Shown in pieces: positions 32,241-42,558 of a stretch of 64,000 bases of DNA. Every line of letters starts with the position of its first letter. Position 1 is the stretch's first letter. The stretch spans positions 248,001 to 312,000 of the forward strand of contig OZ025699.1 in NCBI GenBank assembly GCA_964019335.1, given 5' to 3'. The position numbers and the translations under genes are program-made. The notes below the pieces were generated by a model. The model did not search any database. It worked only from the letters and a program-made list of their open reading frames with translations, and was not told the origin of the DNA. Source of the stretch: Diplonema japonicum. Its lineage: Eukaryota > Protista > Euglenozoa: Diplonemea.

Positions 32241-32291
32241 TTGCTCGTCACAAGTTGCATATAGTTATAAAATCATTTTTTTCTGAAAGAT
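31229..32291. repeat. Cluster of S2 repeats plus a companion 120-bp unit (31229-31354, 31809-31932), with (AG)n and (AAT)n microsatellites
   Basis: Direct sequence repetition. S2 at 31400-31536 and degenerate copies to 32291. Confidence 0.85.
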
Positions 32292-32315
32292 AAAAAAAAA
32301 AAAAAAAAAAAAAAA

Positions 32316-33195
32316 GATGTCTTTGAAGGGAACCTGCAGTATGTGACAGGATCGCCTAACGACAATCAACTCATCTAGTGTTTGATCCCTTCTGTCGTGG
32401 TAGTGCCTTAGGCCCGTCGTAGTATCTCATCAGCAGCTTGGGCGTGAAACCAACTAGCGAGTTGTTGAGGATGCAATGCGTGCGCATTTGTTCCTCTAGG
32501 ATCGAGTGGGTGACCTTCGGGGATGCGAAGATCGGACGAGTGGAGTAGCCAGTGACGGCATGGCTGTGGAGCCCTAGGGTGCGTAGTGAGTGTACTAACT
32601 TCATAGTTTCTGCCGGAATCAGATGATTCCCCGTCCCTTTTAGATGGATCCTTTCTAAGACGCTGAGAATCCTGCCGAGCTTTCTCGCCCAGCACGCTAT
32701 GTCTTCCCCACCCATGTGGAGCCTTTCCGTTGCAATGAGGTCGACTGCTAGTTCCGCCTTCGAAACTTGCCCGCCTTCCTCGCCCCATTTTAGGGCATTC
32801 AGCCAGTTGAGGACAAATGGGATTAGGCCTGGGAAGTATTTCTTCTGCAGCCCATGTTCGTGGTACCAGGGGAGAGGCTTTCGGGGTTAAAAGGTTCCCC
32901 GGTCGGAATGGTCTATTCCAGAAATGCTGTTTCGTGTACCTGACCTGCTTGTCGGCGTGCAGGTTCTCGAGCTTGCCTGCTACTTCTGCTAGCATCAGGT
33001 GGAGCTCCTTGACTCTCAATAGGCTGATGTCCAAGTCCGAGGTAATGATGCCGTGTACGCGGGTGCAGATTGGCCAGTTAGTGTGTTCTTGCACTAGCCA
33101 TTCGCGGTCGGCGTTGGCCGTTCTAAAACCGGCGTGTGCCGGGCAGTGCCAAATTGTCTGCAGCAGGAGGTTGCTGGTCCCGCCTCTAATGTCGT
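32316..33195 (-). mobile_element. 5'-truncated T-tailed LINE subfamily C (C-terminal domain only)
   Basis: QTIWHCP..WPICTRVHG and WLNALKW..KAELAVD..LRTLG..RPIFAS. Sense T tracts at both ends. Confidence 0.8.
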
Positions 33196-33207
33196 AAAAA
33201 AAAGCAA

Positions 33208-35673
33208 TCAATGAAATATGAGCTCCACGGGTGGCTCGGGTGTATCTGCAGCCGCACACGCCTTAATCCTGGCAAGCAAAGCGTTGTTTTCCTCCTCCGG
33301 GAGCGTGGATTCCCGGAGCTTCGCCTCTGCCTCCTCATAACAACCGTCCTGCATCAGCGCAAAAGCAGAGTTATACAACGCATGGCCAGACTGTTCCGAG
33401 CTCTGCAGCGCGTACATCCACTCGACATTGATGGGCTGTATGAATTCCATGACAAGCCGAGCGATGGTGATGGGTTTGCCCGTCAGCACCACTGCTGTTA
33501 TTATGCTCATTACATCGATAAAACCCTGTACAGCGCTGGCTACGACTCCGGTAATGAAGGTTGATCCGGAGTCGCGTGATAGATGCTCGACAGCTTTTGA
33601 AACACCGACGACACTGCCGAGAATGGCGAACGATTTGAAGCCCTTGCAGCCGGTGTTGCCGCAGATGGCTTCACCCGATGCTACACCGCTTGACATTCGA
33701 AGGTCCGTGGCGTTGCGGAGTTGTAAACAACATCGGCACGCTTTGAGCTTATGCTCGGTGGCGGGCAACGAAGCGTTGAAGCTAACAGTGGCACGGTCAC
33801 CTGACAAATTCTCCACCACACCCCTGTTCGACTTGACATTTTTAGACAACGCGGAAACGTATTCTGCAAATCGCTCTTGAAAGACGGCGGACATTGTCGT
33901 GCACTCCAGCATGTTGTGCGTACCGCGGAGGTTCACAGCGACGATGGTTGCTGTCCTTTCGTTGAGATCCAGACCGAAGACCACCTTTATTTTATCGCCG
34001 GAACCCCCTGACTCTACAGCGTCGGAGTTTCTTCGAATCGCGTCAAAAGAAACATCGCGTGACAGTCCTTCGGATTCGTCGTCGTCCTCCGCCAATATCG
34101 CACCAGGGAGGTACTGTTTATACTCTGCGAGATTCTCGATGAGCTGTGTGAAGGATGTCTGGATGGACGAGAACTCTGTCACGTACCGCACCCCGACCGC
34201 GCTGATATGTTCCAGCTGCATCCGTGACGCTTTCTCCATGTTCCCGGCAAGCCTTTCCAAGGGCCGCAGTGTGAACGAAGCCATCAATACAATCACAACC
34301 ATACAGCTGATGGTCATCACAATAACCATTATCAACGCTACGTTCGCTGCGTCTTCGGTGCGGCCCAACATGTCGCGGTAGGGGACTGTGATGGTCATGA
34401 TGACCCGTAAGTTATTGATGAACATGTCCTTCACGAGGATCTCTGCTTCATCTTCGCTTCCCGCGTGAAGTAGTACCCCTTCCTCCGGGGCGGGGTTGTC
34501 GCCGAGGTCATTGAAAAAGCTTTTTGCAGCACCCGCTGGGAGGGAGATTACTGGGTCATCAGAGAGATACGCGTTGACCAGCGTTGAACCGTTCGAGATT
34601 CTTGAGAACGGAAGCGAGCCTGACATTAAGCTCCCCGCCATTGTAAAGATCAGGACGACAGCGTTTGCGGTCGGCCGTATCGAATACAGAAAGTTGTGCA
34701 AAGAATGAAGGTCAAAGTTAAAAGCGATCACCCCGAGCCACTCCTCATTGTGCTTCAACCCGCACGATGCGGTAAGACCGGAAAACTCCTCATCCGGCGA
34801 TATCCACGGGCCATGCCAGCGCACTCCATTCGAGAACACTAACCAAGCTGGATCGTAGGTTACATCATGGAATAATGAAACTACTGCTGCCTCGGGAAGT
34901 GTTCCGTGGACGATTTGTTCCGTGACGACCCCGAAGATTGTTTGCTGGGGCCGCCCTTTGCCCAGGCACACGGATTTTGACGGCAGGTTGCACGTCCTGG
35001 AACAGAACGTAATATCTACCTCAGGAGATTCCCCACAAAGTGTTGCGTTGCATTGGCGGCCTGGTACATCGCCTATGCACGTCCAGTTGCGAGGAGGGTA
35101 CCCAGAGTCATCTCCTCTCGGCCATGCCAGGACGGGGTTGTGGTATCTGTGAATCATCATCTTGTGCCCGTATTTTGTGATATATAGTATGCTAACGATG
35201 GATTCTGAGTCGTTGTACGACCAGAAGGACAGCAGGAGTTTTAAGTAAATGTCGCTGGAAGAGTTCGCTGAGATGAGGCCGGTCCTGCTGAGGTATGAGA
35301 TTTGTGCCATGAGTTGCTCTGCAAGCATGAGCTCGTTCACAATCTTCATGCTCGCCTCCCTGCCCAACGCGTAAATATTTTCGCCAGCAAGGTGTTCCAC
35401 AGAGTTCTTTATCCTCGAGTACGAGATGTACCAAGCTATGACGCTCACAGTGGTGATGGTGACCCATTGAGTGCAAGTCACGACGGCCTTCATGGTGACG
35501 GTTTTCTTCCTCAGCAGTATGGTAACGCCTATGTATAGTACCCATAGCAGGGAGACTGCGCCTGTGATGAACAGGATCGCGACTTTGTCGCCAGTCATAT
35601 CGGAATGGAAGCCCCTGGTGAGGTTGGCGGCCACATGGCCATCATGGTCGCGATATTCTTCATGTTCCATCAT
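33208..35673 (-). CDS. Multi-TM receptor with Cache-like ectodomain, HAMP-like linker and degenerate class III cyclase
   Basis: Three TM segments. RPLERLAGNM...EFSSIQTSF..L.EYKQYLP linker. Cyclase-like motifs AVNLRG, SGDRATVSFNA, SGVASG...GNTG. Confidence 0.8.
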   Translation of the reverse strand: MMEHEEYRDHDGHVAANLTRGFHSDMTGDKVAILFITGAVSLLWVLYIGVTILLRKKTVTMKAVVTCTQWVTITTVSVIAWYISYSRIKNSVEHLAGENIYALGREASMKIVNELMLAEQLMAQISYLSRTGLISANSSSDIYLKLLLSFWSYNDSESIVSILYITKYGHKMMIHRYHNPVLAWPRGDDSGYPPRNWTCIGDVPGRQCNATLCGESPEVDITFCSRTCNLPSKSVCLGKGRPQQTIFGVVTEQIVHGTLPEAAVVSLFHDVTYDPAWLVFSNGVRWHGPWISPDEEFSGLTASCGLKHNEEWLGVIAFNFDLHSLHNFLYSIRPTANAVVLIFTMAGSLMSGSLPFSRISNGSTLVNAYLSDDPVISLPAGAAKSFFNDLGDNPAPEEGVLLHAGSEDEAEILVKDMFINNLRVIMTITVPYRDMLGRTEDAANVALIMVIVMTISCMVVIVLMASFTLRPLERLAGNMEKASRMQLEHISAVGVRYVTEFSSIQTSFTQLIENLAEYKQYLPGAILAEDDDESEGLSRDVSFDAIRRNSDAVESGGSGDKIKVVFGLDLNERTATIVAVNLRGTHNMLECTTMSAVFQERFAEYVSALSKNVKSNRGVVENLSGDRATVSFNASLPATEHKLKACRCCLQLRNATDLRMSSGVASGEAICGNTGCKGFKSFAILGSVVGVSKAVEHLSRDSGSTFITGVVASAVQGFIDVMSIITAVVLTGKPITIARLVMEFIQPINVEWMYALQSSEQSGHALYNSAFALMQDGCYEEAEAKLRESTLPEEENNALLARIKACAAADTPEPPVELIFH

Positions 35674-35737
35674 TTTTTTTTCTCTTTCTTCGCTTTTTTT
35701 TTCCCCCCCCTCTCTCTCACCTTGAGGAGTTCAGGAT

Positions 35738-35775
<38 letters not shown>

Positions 35776-35869
35776 GGTTGCAGATTTAAAAGAAGGGAAA
35801 AAAAAAAAGAAAACCACGGAAGAACTCATGGGTTAACTCAAGCGGGAGAACAAAATAAATAAAGCGCGG

Positions 35870-35905
<36 letters not shown>

Positions 35906-35941
35906 AAGAAGAAGAAGAAGATTTTTTCTTTATTTTTTCAG

Positions 35942-36110
35942 TACTCACTGGGGGCCTCATAACACGAAACGCCCATAATTTTAACTAGTGCCTAACTGAG
36001 ATTTTTGTAGTTAAATTATAGCGCTTCAGAGTGAAAAAAAATGGGTCTTATCGTGAAAAAAAAAAAAGAAATAAATTATGACTCATAATTTGTTGGCAAT
36101 AAATAGCTAT
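35942..36110. repeat. Inverted decayed copy of the 60.6-62.1 kb palindromic repeat family
   Basis: CTCACTGGGGGCCTCATAA...CTTCAGAGTGAAAAAAAATGGGTCTT is the reverse complement of 61430-61540. Confidence 0.7.
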
Positions 36111-36312
36111 TTCTCTTTCTCTTTCTTTTTCTTTTTCTTTTTCTTTTTTTTTTACCGGTGTAAGATTCCGCAAAACCTAGCTCGAAAGAGGAGAGAAGAG
36201 AGAGAAAAAATGTATTGGGGAAGACAAGGATGGACCTTTTTTTTTTATCTAAAGAAATTAGTTTGTTATCTTTTTTTTTTTTTTTTGAGGAGAAAAAAAA
36301 GGGGGCAAGGGG

Positions 36313-36346
<34 letters not shown>

Positions 36347-36443
36347 AAAGAAAGAAAACGTGGAATATAACCAAACGTGTTTTTTTTCCCCTCTTTTTTT
36401 TCCTCTTTTTCATTTTTTTTTCTCCACCTTCCCTTCTATTCTT

Positions 36444-37445
36444 TTACTCTTTATGGCGGAGAAATGCATGTTCCATCAACTTCAAAGTGCATTCAGACTG
36501 GGCAGTATAATGAGGAGACGTATGCAAAACACCAACGAGCGACGTGAAAGAACCCGGGTTGGCCAAATTCGAACTGAGGATCGACGTCAACCAGCTGTCG
36601 CGGTAAGGGTAGAAACGCTTCCGCGGATGAGAGATGAGAATAGACCTCAAGACGCTGTTTTCTTTGGTGGAATTCACGCAGGGTCCTTCGGATAAGAAGC
36701 TACGTTCAAGTGTCGAAACCTTCCTCACAGGTTGGGCAAGGGTGAGAACAGAGGCTGGCTCCACACACCTGTTTGTGAATGTGACAACCCGTGATTCCTC
36801 CGCTGGCGTGTGCACGGTGCTTTCGTCGTGCTTTTTTAACGCTTCGCAACTGTCATGAACCGAACACCCATCTAGGAACAACTCTGAGGGCGAGGTTTTC
36901 GTCCTTTGAACCCTCACGCGTTTGCTTCTATCAACAATGTCCTGCAGCTTGTTGCTCCGTGTCACCGCTACGAGACGGGCTTCCTTCCCACTTCCGATCA
37001 TCACGCACATTTCCTGCAGGATCTCTCTGAAGGTGTCCCAGTTGTTTGTATCGTCGACCACGATCACCGCAGAGCTCCTCCCTGCTAGAAAATGTTCCAC
37101 CGCCTCCGTTGCAACCTTCCCCACTTCGTATCGATCGCTCGTTGGGACTTCGAATGTATGTGACGGGTGTTTCGGGTCCACTGTGATCTTCAGCGCACCT
37201 GAATTTACAAACGGGGTGTACTGACTGTCATTTGCGACTATCTTGACACTGTCCCCCATGCTCACGCCCAGCGCGGAGAGGGTCGTTCTCCCTGTGACAA
37301 TGTTCCCTTCGAACTCCAGCGAGCACATCCCCGGGCTTAGGTTCGCCTCCTTTCTCACCCATGCCAACACAGTGCTTGCGGTGTCCTGCGGTCCGAGCGT
37401 GTAAGGGATCGCCTCGTTGTTGCATAGCTTAACGTAGATATCCAT
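36444..37445 (-). CDS. Ubiquitin-like domain fused to a degenerate kinesin motor-like domain
   Basis: MDIYVK..L.FEG...TL..LGV..GD.V ubiquitin pattern. PYRDSWLTSIL...SECTLKL matches kinesin PYRDSKLT..L...ETLSTL. No P-loop. Confidence 0.7.
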   Translation of the reverse strand: MDIYVKLCNNEAIPYTLGPQDTASTVLAWVRKEANLSPGMCSLEFEGNIVTGRTTLSALGVSMGDSVKIVANDSQYTPFVNSGALKITVDPKHPSHTFEVPTSDRYEVGKVATEAVEHFLAGRSSAVIVVDDTNNWDTFREILQEMCVMIGSGKEARLVAVTRSNKLQDIVDRSKRVRVQRTKTSPSELFLDGCSVHDSCEALKKHDESTVHTPAEESRVVTFTNRCVEPASVLTLAQPVRKVSTLERSFLSEGPCVNSTKENSVLRSILISHPRKRFYPYRDSWLTSILSSNLANPGSFTSLVGVLHTSPHYTAQSECTLKLMEHAFLRHKE

Positions 37446-38164
37446 TTTTTTTTGGGGGGGGGAACAAGGAGACCCTTAGATTTTATAGGTTTATATGTTC
37501 TGACAGACTAGCTGATTTGGGGCATGCCGAGGCTGAGACAAGAGAATTGAATGAAGGCAGGCTAATTGCAATACGCACTCGAAGCGCTGCTGAAATCGTC
37601 CCCTCTTGCGGAGAACGAACTCGCTGATGGAGCTGCCAGAGATAGGCTGGCGAAGCAGCCTTGTAGAGTCAGCTACCGCTCTAGCAAAGCGACCATAAAG
37701 ACATGGCTGAAGGAAGCGACGCGCGCGAGGTACAACAACGATGCTCCTGGCCCCCCATCTGCTCAAGGGTGAACATGAGCCCAAAATAGACCCCCCCCCC
37801 CTTTTTCAAACTTTTTACCTCCCCCCCCACACACACGCAAAACGGGCCAAAGAACGCCTCCCAAGAGATAGCCACGGACGGTCGGGGGGGCGCAACTTGT
37901 GTAAAGTCTCGAGGGGTTCGCCCATGTAATCGGCTGTCCCACGAGACAGGGGGAACGGAGCGGAGGGATGTTCCAACCCTCTCGGTTCCTCCAGACAAAA
38001 GAACTGGAACCCCCCACCCCCAGTTGTTATTATTGCAAAAAAAAAAAAAAAGCGCTCCTGAAGAAGAGGAACAACAGATATGAAAAGAGGTGGGGGAAAA
38101 GTGGGAAGGGAGATTATCGGTGGCGGAATGTTAATGTGTTTATCGTGCCAAAGAAAACTGTAAG

Positions 38165-38235
38165 GCGTAAATGGTCTAGTGGTAGAATGGCTCCCTGCCA
38201 CGGAGTCGGCCCGGGTTCGATTCCCGGTTTACGCA
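38165..38235 (+). tRNA. tRNA-Gly (GCC)
   Basis: Acceptor stem GCGTAAA/TTTACGC, D loop AGTGGT, anticodon loop CTGCCAC, T arm CCGGG-TTCGATT-CCCGG, followed by a T-run Pol III terminator. Confidence 0.97.
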
Positions 38236-38705
38236 TCTTTTTTTTGTATTGTGAATGAGGTGAGTTCCCTCATGCAGCAAGGAGGGTGCATAAATAAAGG
38301 GCAAAAAAGTGGAGAGGAGAGCGAAAAAAAAGGGGAAGAAGAATGAGTTTAGCTGCTGATAAACCGCTGGCGTGCGAGCAACTTCTTACTGCTTCCAAAA
38401 GGGAAAAGAGGAAAATTAATAAAAATGGCACTATTGACAACCGGTTCTCTTTAAGGTGCCAACGACGACTAGGTCTTTTAGTACCTTCCACCCTCAATGG
38501 GAATTCTGCCGGAAACATCGAGAGGAGGAAATAAATAAAAAAAGAAAAGTAGGAATAACTACAAACATGGTGTGCGAATTTGGATTTTCAATCTCGCAGC
38601 CACCAAACTGGTTTTCAATAATATTTTGAGGGTTCCATGGATGGTGGAAAACGAAAATTCAGGTTATAATTTGCTTACCTGTGTATGTAGCTTTTTTTCT
38701 CAATG

Positions 38706-38737
<32 letters not shown>

Positions 38738-38841
38738 GGAAAAGAAGACCAAACAAACTAAGGAGATGTGGAGGCCTTAATAGACCAACCCATCCATCCC
38801 CCCCAAAAAAAACAACAAATTTTATTTTCTCCTCTCCCCCT

Positions 38842-39606
38842 TCAGTACCAAGCCACGGAGAGCCCAATGAGGACCTGGGCTGCATAATAAGTACTGATGA
38901 CGGCAGCCCGACGTATCTTCTCAGAGCTGCTCGGGCTGCTCTGCGGGAGATGGTTGGCATCCTGCGGGGGTGATTCTTTTGGAGGGGACTTTGTGAACAT
39001 CAGGAAAGCACCCAAGAGAATGAGGTTATCAGAGAGCAAGAAGAGGAGTCCACCGACCGAGGCTGCTGCTGAGGAAGCTGAAGGAGATGCAAAGGTCCCA
39101 CATGCGAACCCGGCCATCGTGGGAACGAGCAGGAAGTACAAAAAGACAACTGGGAGGAACAATCGAACCTTCAACGGAACAGGTTCAAACCAATTACTGT
39201 ATTTTGCGATCATAAAGAAGATGAAGATCTGCACGAGGCAAAGCAGGGCAACCACCGGCACCCATGGACGTTGATAAGTACTCATTTTTTCAAACATAAT
39301 AATGTAAAGTACCTGTGCAGCCCCGAAGGCCAAGACTCCCACCGCCCCGCCTTTTGGTACGGCTAGTCCCAAATCCCCCACCAAACTGCACACCATCCCC
39401 CAGAAAAGGTATGTTCCAACTCCATCCGGGTCTACCAGGCCTCCATCCCTGCGCCCGACTTCTACACACCACACAACCAGAATCACCATCGGAAGGCATT
39501 TGAAGGAAGCCCTGAGCTTCCACTTATCACTCCACATAGGTGAATATACATAGTACACACACGCAATTGTAAATGGGATGAGAAGCCACCACCATGGGAC
39601 GGTCAT
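38842..39606 (-). CDS. YhhN/TMEM86 family lysoplasmalogenase-like membrane protein
   Basis: KCLP, SLVGD..L, F..AQ.LY, GGLLFLLSD, TYYAAQ, multiple TM helices. Confidence 0.9.
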   Translation of the reverse strand: MTVPWWWLLIPFTIACVYYVYSPMWSDKWKLRASFKCLPMVILVVWCVEVGRRDGGLVDPDGVGTYLFWGMVCSLVGDLGLAVPKGGAVGVLAFGAAQVLYIIMFEKMSTYQRPWVPVVALLCLVQIFIFFMIAKYSNWFEPVPLKVRLFLPVVFLYFLLVPTMAGFACGTFASPSASSAAASVGGLLFLLSDNLILLGAFLMFTKSPPKESPPQDANHLPQSSPSSSEKIRRAAVISTYYAAQVLIGLSVAWY

Positions 39607-39819
39607 TTTTTTTTTTTTCCTTTTTTCTTTTTGTTACTCTGAGGGGAAAAGTTTGCAAGAGAAGAAAAAAAGAACTGAGGTTGGGAGAGAGTGTTTTTTT
39701 TTTTTTTTTTTTTTTTCCCTAACAATATTTGCCCTCAATTAAGGCGACACGGTCTGGCAGCCGGGTTGAGTCGAACGAGAATAGAAGGCATGGAACAAAA
39801 AGAAAAAAAGAAAAAAAAA

Positions 39820-40069
39820 TGGGGCGTTGATTGCGACACTAAGTGGCGTTAAGTGTGCAACGAAGCACGAACATCTACTTGATTACAGGCGCACCTGCGG
39901 TGTGCAACTCAACCCTAGCCGGAGTGTCCCAGGTAACCAAGATTCTGCGCTAGAGCATCTGCAATGCGTTCTTCTACTTGGGCGCTACCGGTGATGACCG
40001 ACGAGGAGGTCAACAGCGAACAACACATCTGATGTACTTCTTATATTTCCATGTTATCCCCACCACCTT
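39820..40069 (-). repeat. SINE-like family S1 copy
   Basis: Matches 52394-52720 with internal deletions. Confidence 0.85.
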
Positions 40070-40561
40070 AAAAATAGGGTGGGAAAAAATATGAGTCAGG
40101 TGAGACTCCCCATGGTTCTCATCCACTACACGGTTTCTCCTTCTTCGGTGGTCTCCCTCCCAGGCCGTTCTCGAAGTCCAGTGCCGGCTCCACCGTCGGC
40201 ACCACCCACTCCCGCGGGACCTTGGCCACCCCCCTTGCGATCTTGGTGTGTTTGGTACACTTCCTGTCTCCTTGCTTTGTACACGGTTTTTGCCCCGCGT
40301 CATACCTTCGTGCTCCAGCATCAAAAAAATAAAGGGGGGGGGAAAAGGCGTGAGGCCGTTTAATTTTAACGAACAGGTTCTTTTTTATTTTATTTTATTT
40401 TTTTCTTTTATTTCAACAATTTCCATTTTCTTTTTTTTTTTCCTTCCATTGTTGAGGTCTTTTTTTCTTGAGGGGTGAAAAAAAGTAAAAATAAAATAAA
40501 AATACCCAGAATCCACGTCCAAAAAAAAAAAAAAAAAAAAAAAAAGACGGGATGGGGTAGG

Positions 40562-40602
<41 letters not shown>

Positions 40603-40709
40603 AACGTAGGCAACAGTTCCCCTGTTTTTTATCAGGAAATAAAAAAGAAAAAAAAAATGAGTCAAAGCCTGAGAATGGACCTCTCAGATGACATGGCAGA
40701 AAAAAAAAA

Positions 40710-42475
40710 CTCAAAGTGCAGGACAAACCCCCTCATGGAGGGCCGCCCTTGGGTGGGTTGGGGGGGGGGGGTCTATTTATACTCCCCTTCTGGAGCATTG
40801 CTTTCGTTCCAATCGAGGCCTTGAGCGTCTTGCGGAGTCGCGTGATGCGGTCTCGCTTGTAAGCGGCTTTCAGTTCCATCAGCTTGTCGTGCGTGGAGTG
40901 GGTGGCGAAGATGGGCCTCCTGGCGAAACCCATAGTCGTTTTCCCACCTATTGCGATGAGGGACTTCACTCTCTTCTGTTCATCCGCCGGGAAGGGGCGT
41001 GGCTTCTTCCGTGCTCTGCATGCCTCGTTCAGCTTTCTTATCAGTGCTTTGATCTTGCGAGCCCTATCTTCCAGCAGACCTCCCAGTAACTTGCCTGTCG
41101 TCCATTCGAAGTCGATGGCCAATTCCACCGCTGACACTTCAGAGCTGGTGTCCTCCTTCACCCATCGTAGCTGTGACAACCACTGCAGCAGCGGGTTCAA
41201 GAATTCTGCGACGATTCCTCCCACTCCTTCGAGCTCCCCCGCCGTCGGCACGAGGCATCTCCTACCCTCCACATCGCGTACCCACGGCAGCGGCTGTGTG
41301 CTGGCGTTGTCTATTTGCATGAGCTCCACATCCCGTTTCCCGACCACCACAGCCATGTATCGCTGCAGCTTCTCCAGGTGTGCGAAGACATGCCCCCTCG
41401 GCAGTATCGCGTGCAGCTCTAGACATAGGGGCCATCCTGATCTGTTGCGCAACGGCTCCATTCCGTCTAGTGCCAGTTCCTCTTGTGCACAGGCGCACTC
41501 ATACAGCTGATGGCGGAGTAAGGTCACCGTGTCCGGGTGTGGTGACTTGCACAGGTCGCATCTGAATCCTTGCGTGTGCGATACCTCCGTCGTTGGTGCC
41601 TGGCCCATGTTCTCCTCGTCGTCACCGTTGTCGTCACCTTCAGGCGCCAGTGGGACGCTCTTTCGGTTCGCATTTGCGTGCGGGTTTAGGTAGGGAACCC
41701 CTCCTGCGATCACTCGTCTCAGGCTGTAGGACATGAGCGGGTCCTTGGCCGTCCTCCATAGTCGGTTCGTCTTGGGGTCCGCCCCCGGCTCTATCCCGCT
41801 TATCGTGCTCCTCTCGACCGCCAGCGTCCTACTTCGGGCCTTCCTCACCACCTCTAAAGATGTGTCCGCGTTCGGCCCAAGATGTGTTGCAACCTAGTAG
41901 CTGCGCCCAACTCCATCCTATTCGGGGAAGCCATTGAGTGTCACCGACAAGCATCGGTGGTCCGACCCGGTGATCATATCGTTTACTCCGCAATGTTCGA
42001 GACCTTGGGCCGCGATGTTATTCAGCAGGACCCTGTCAATCCTCGTGCTGCAGTTGGTCCTAACGAACGTGTCCTCCGCCTGTACACCATCCCTTCTTGC
42101 ACAGAACGCAGCGGCGTCTACCCAGTCTGTCTGTATAGCTTTCCTTAACGTGGGGGATCGTACTTCGTCCGTGTTGAAATCGCCCACCACGGCCACAGGC
42201 ACGTCTCCCAGTTCGAACTTAAGACGGCAAAGGATGTAGTGGAGAAGCTCTTCACGGTATTTCGTCTTGGCTTGGTCCTGGCCCGAGTGGCAGTAGACGT
42301 TGATCAGGTGAAGCCACCGTTTGCTTCCATCGAGTGAGATCTTCACGTGTGACCACCTGTCCTTGTGCGGCCCATTCGTTTCACAGCGCACCGCCGTACG
42401 TGGTTTCTTCACCAGGGTTCCTAGACGACCCCGTTTCGCTATCGTCAGAGATGTGACACCACTGGCGTATCGTCG
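40710..42475 (-). mobile_element. T-tailed LINE subfamily B, internally deleted (APE fragment joined to the C-terminal domain, RT missing)
   Basis: APE: INVY..GDFN..RIDRVL..SDH (41918-42412). CDLC..HQLYEC and ELAIDFE..RRPIFA (40733-41851). Sense T10 at 40700-40709 and a T tract at 42476-42496. Confidence 0.85.
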
Positions 42476-42558
42476 AAAAGAAAAAAAAAAAAAAAACTAG
42501 TTTGGGGCTTCATTTGTTTGTGCGCACGAGCGGAAAAAAAAACGTTGTTGACCACCGC

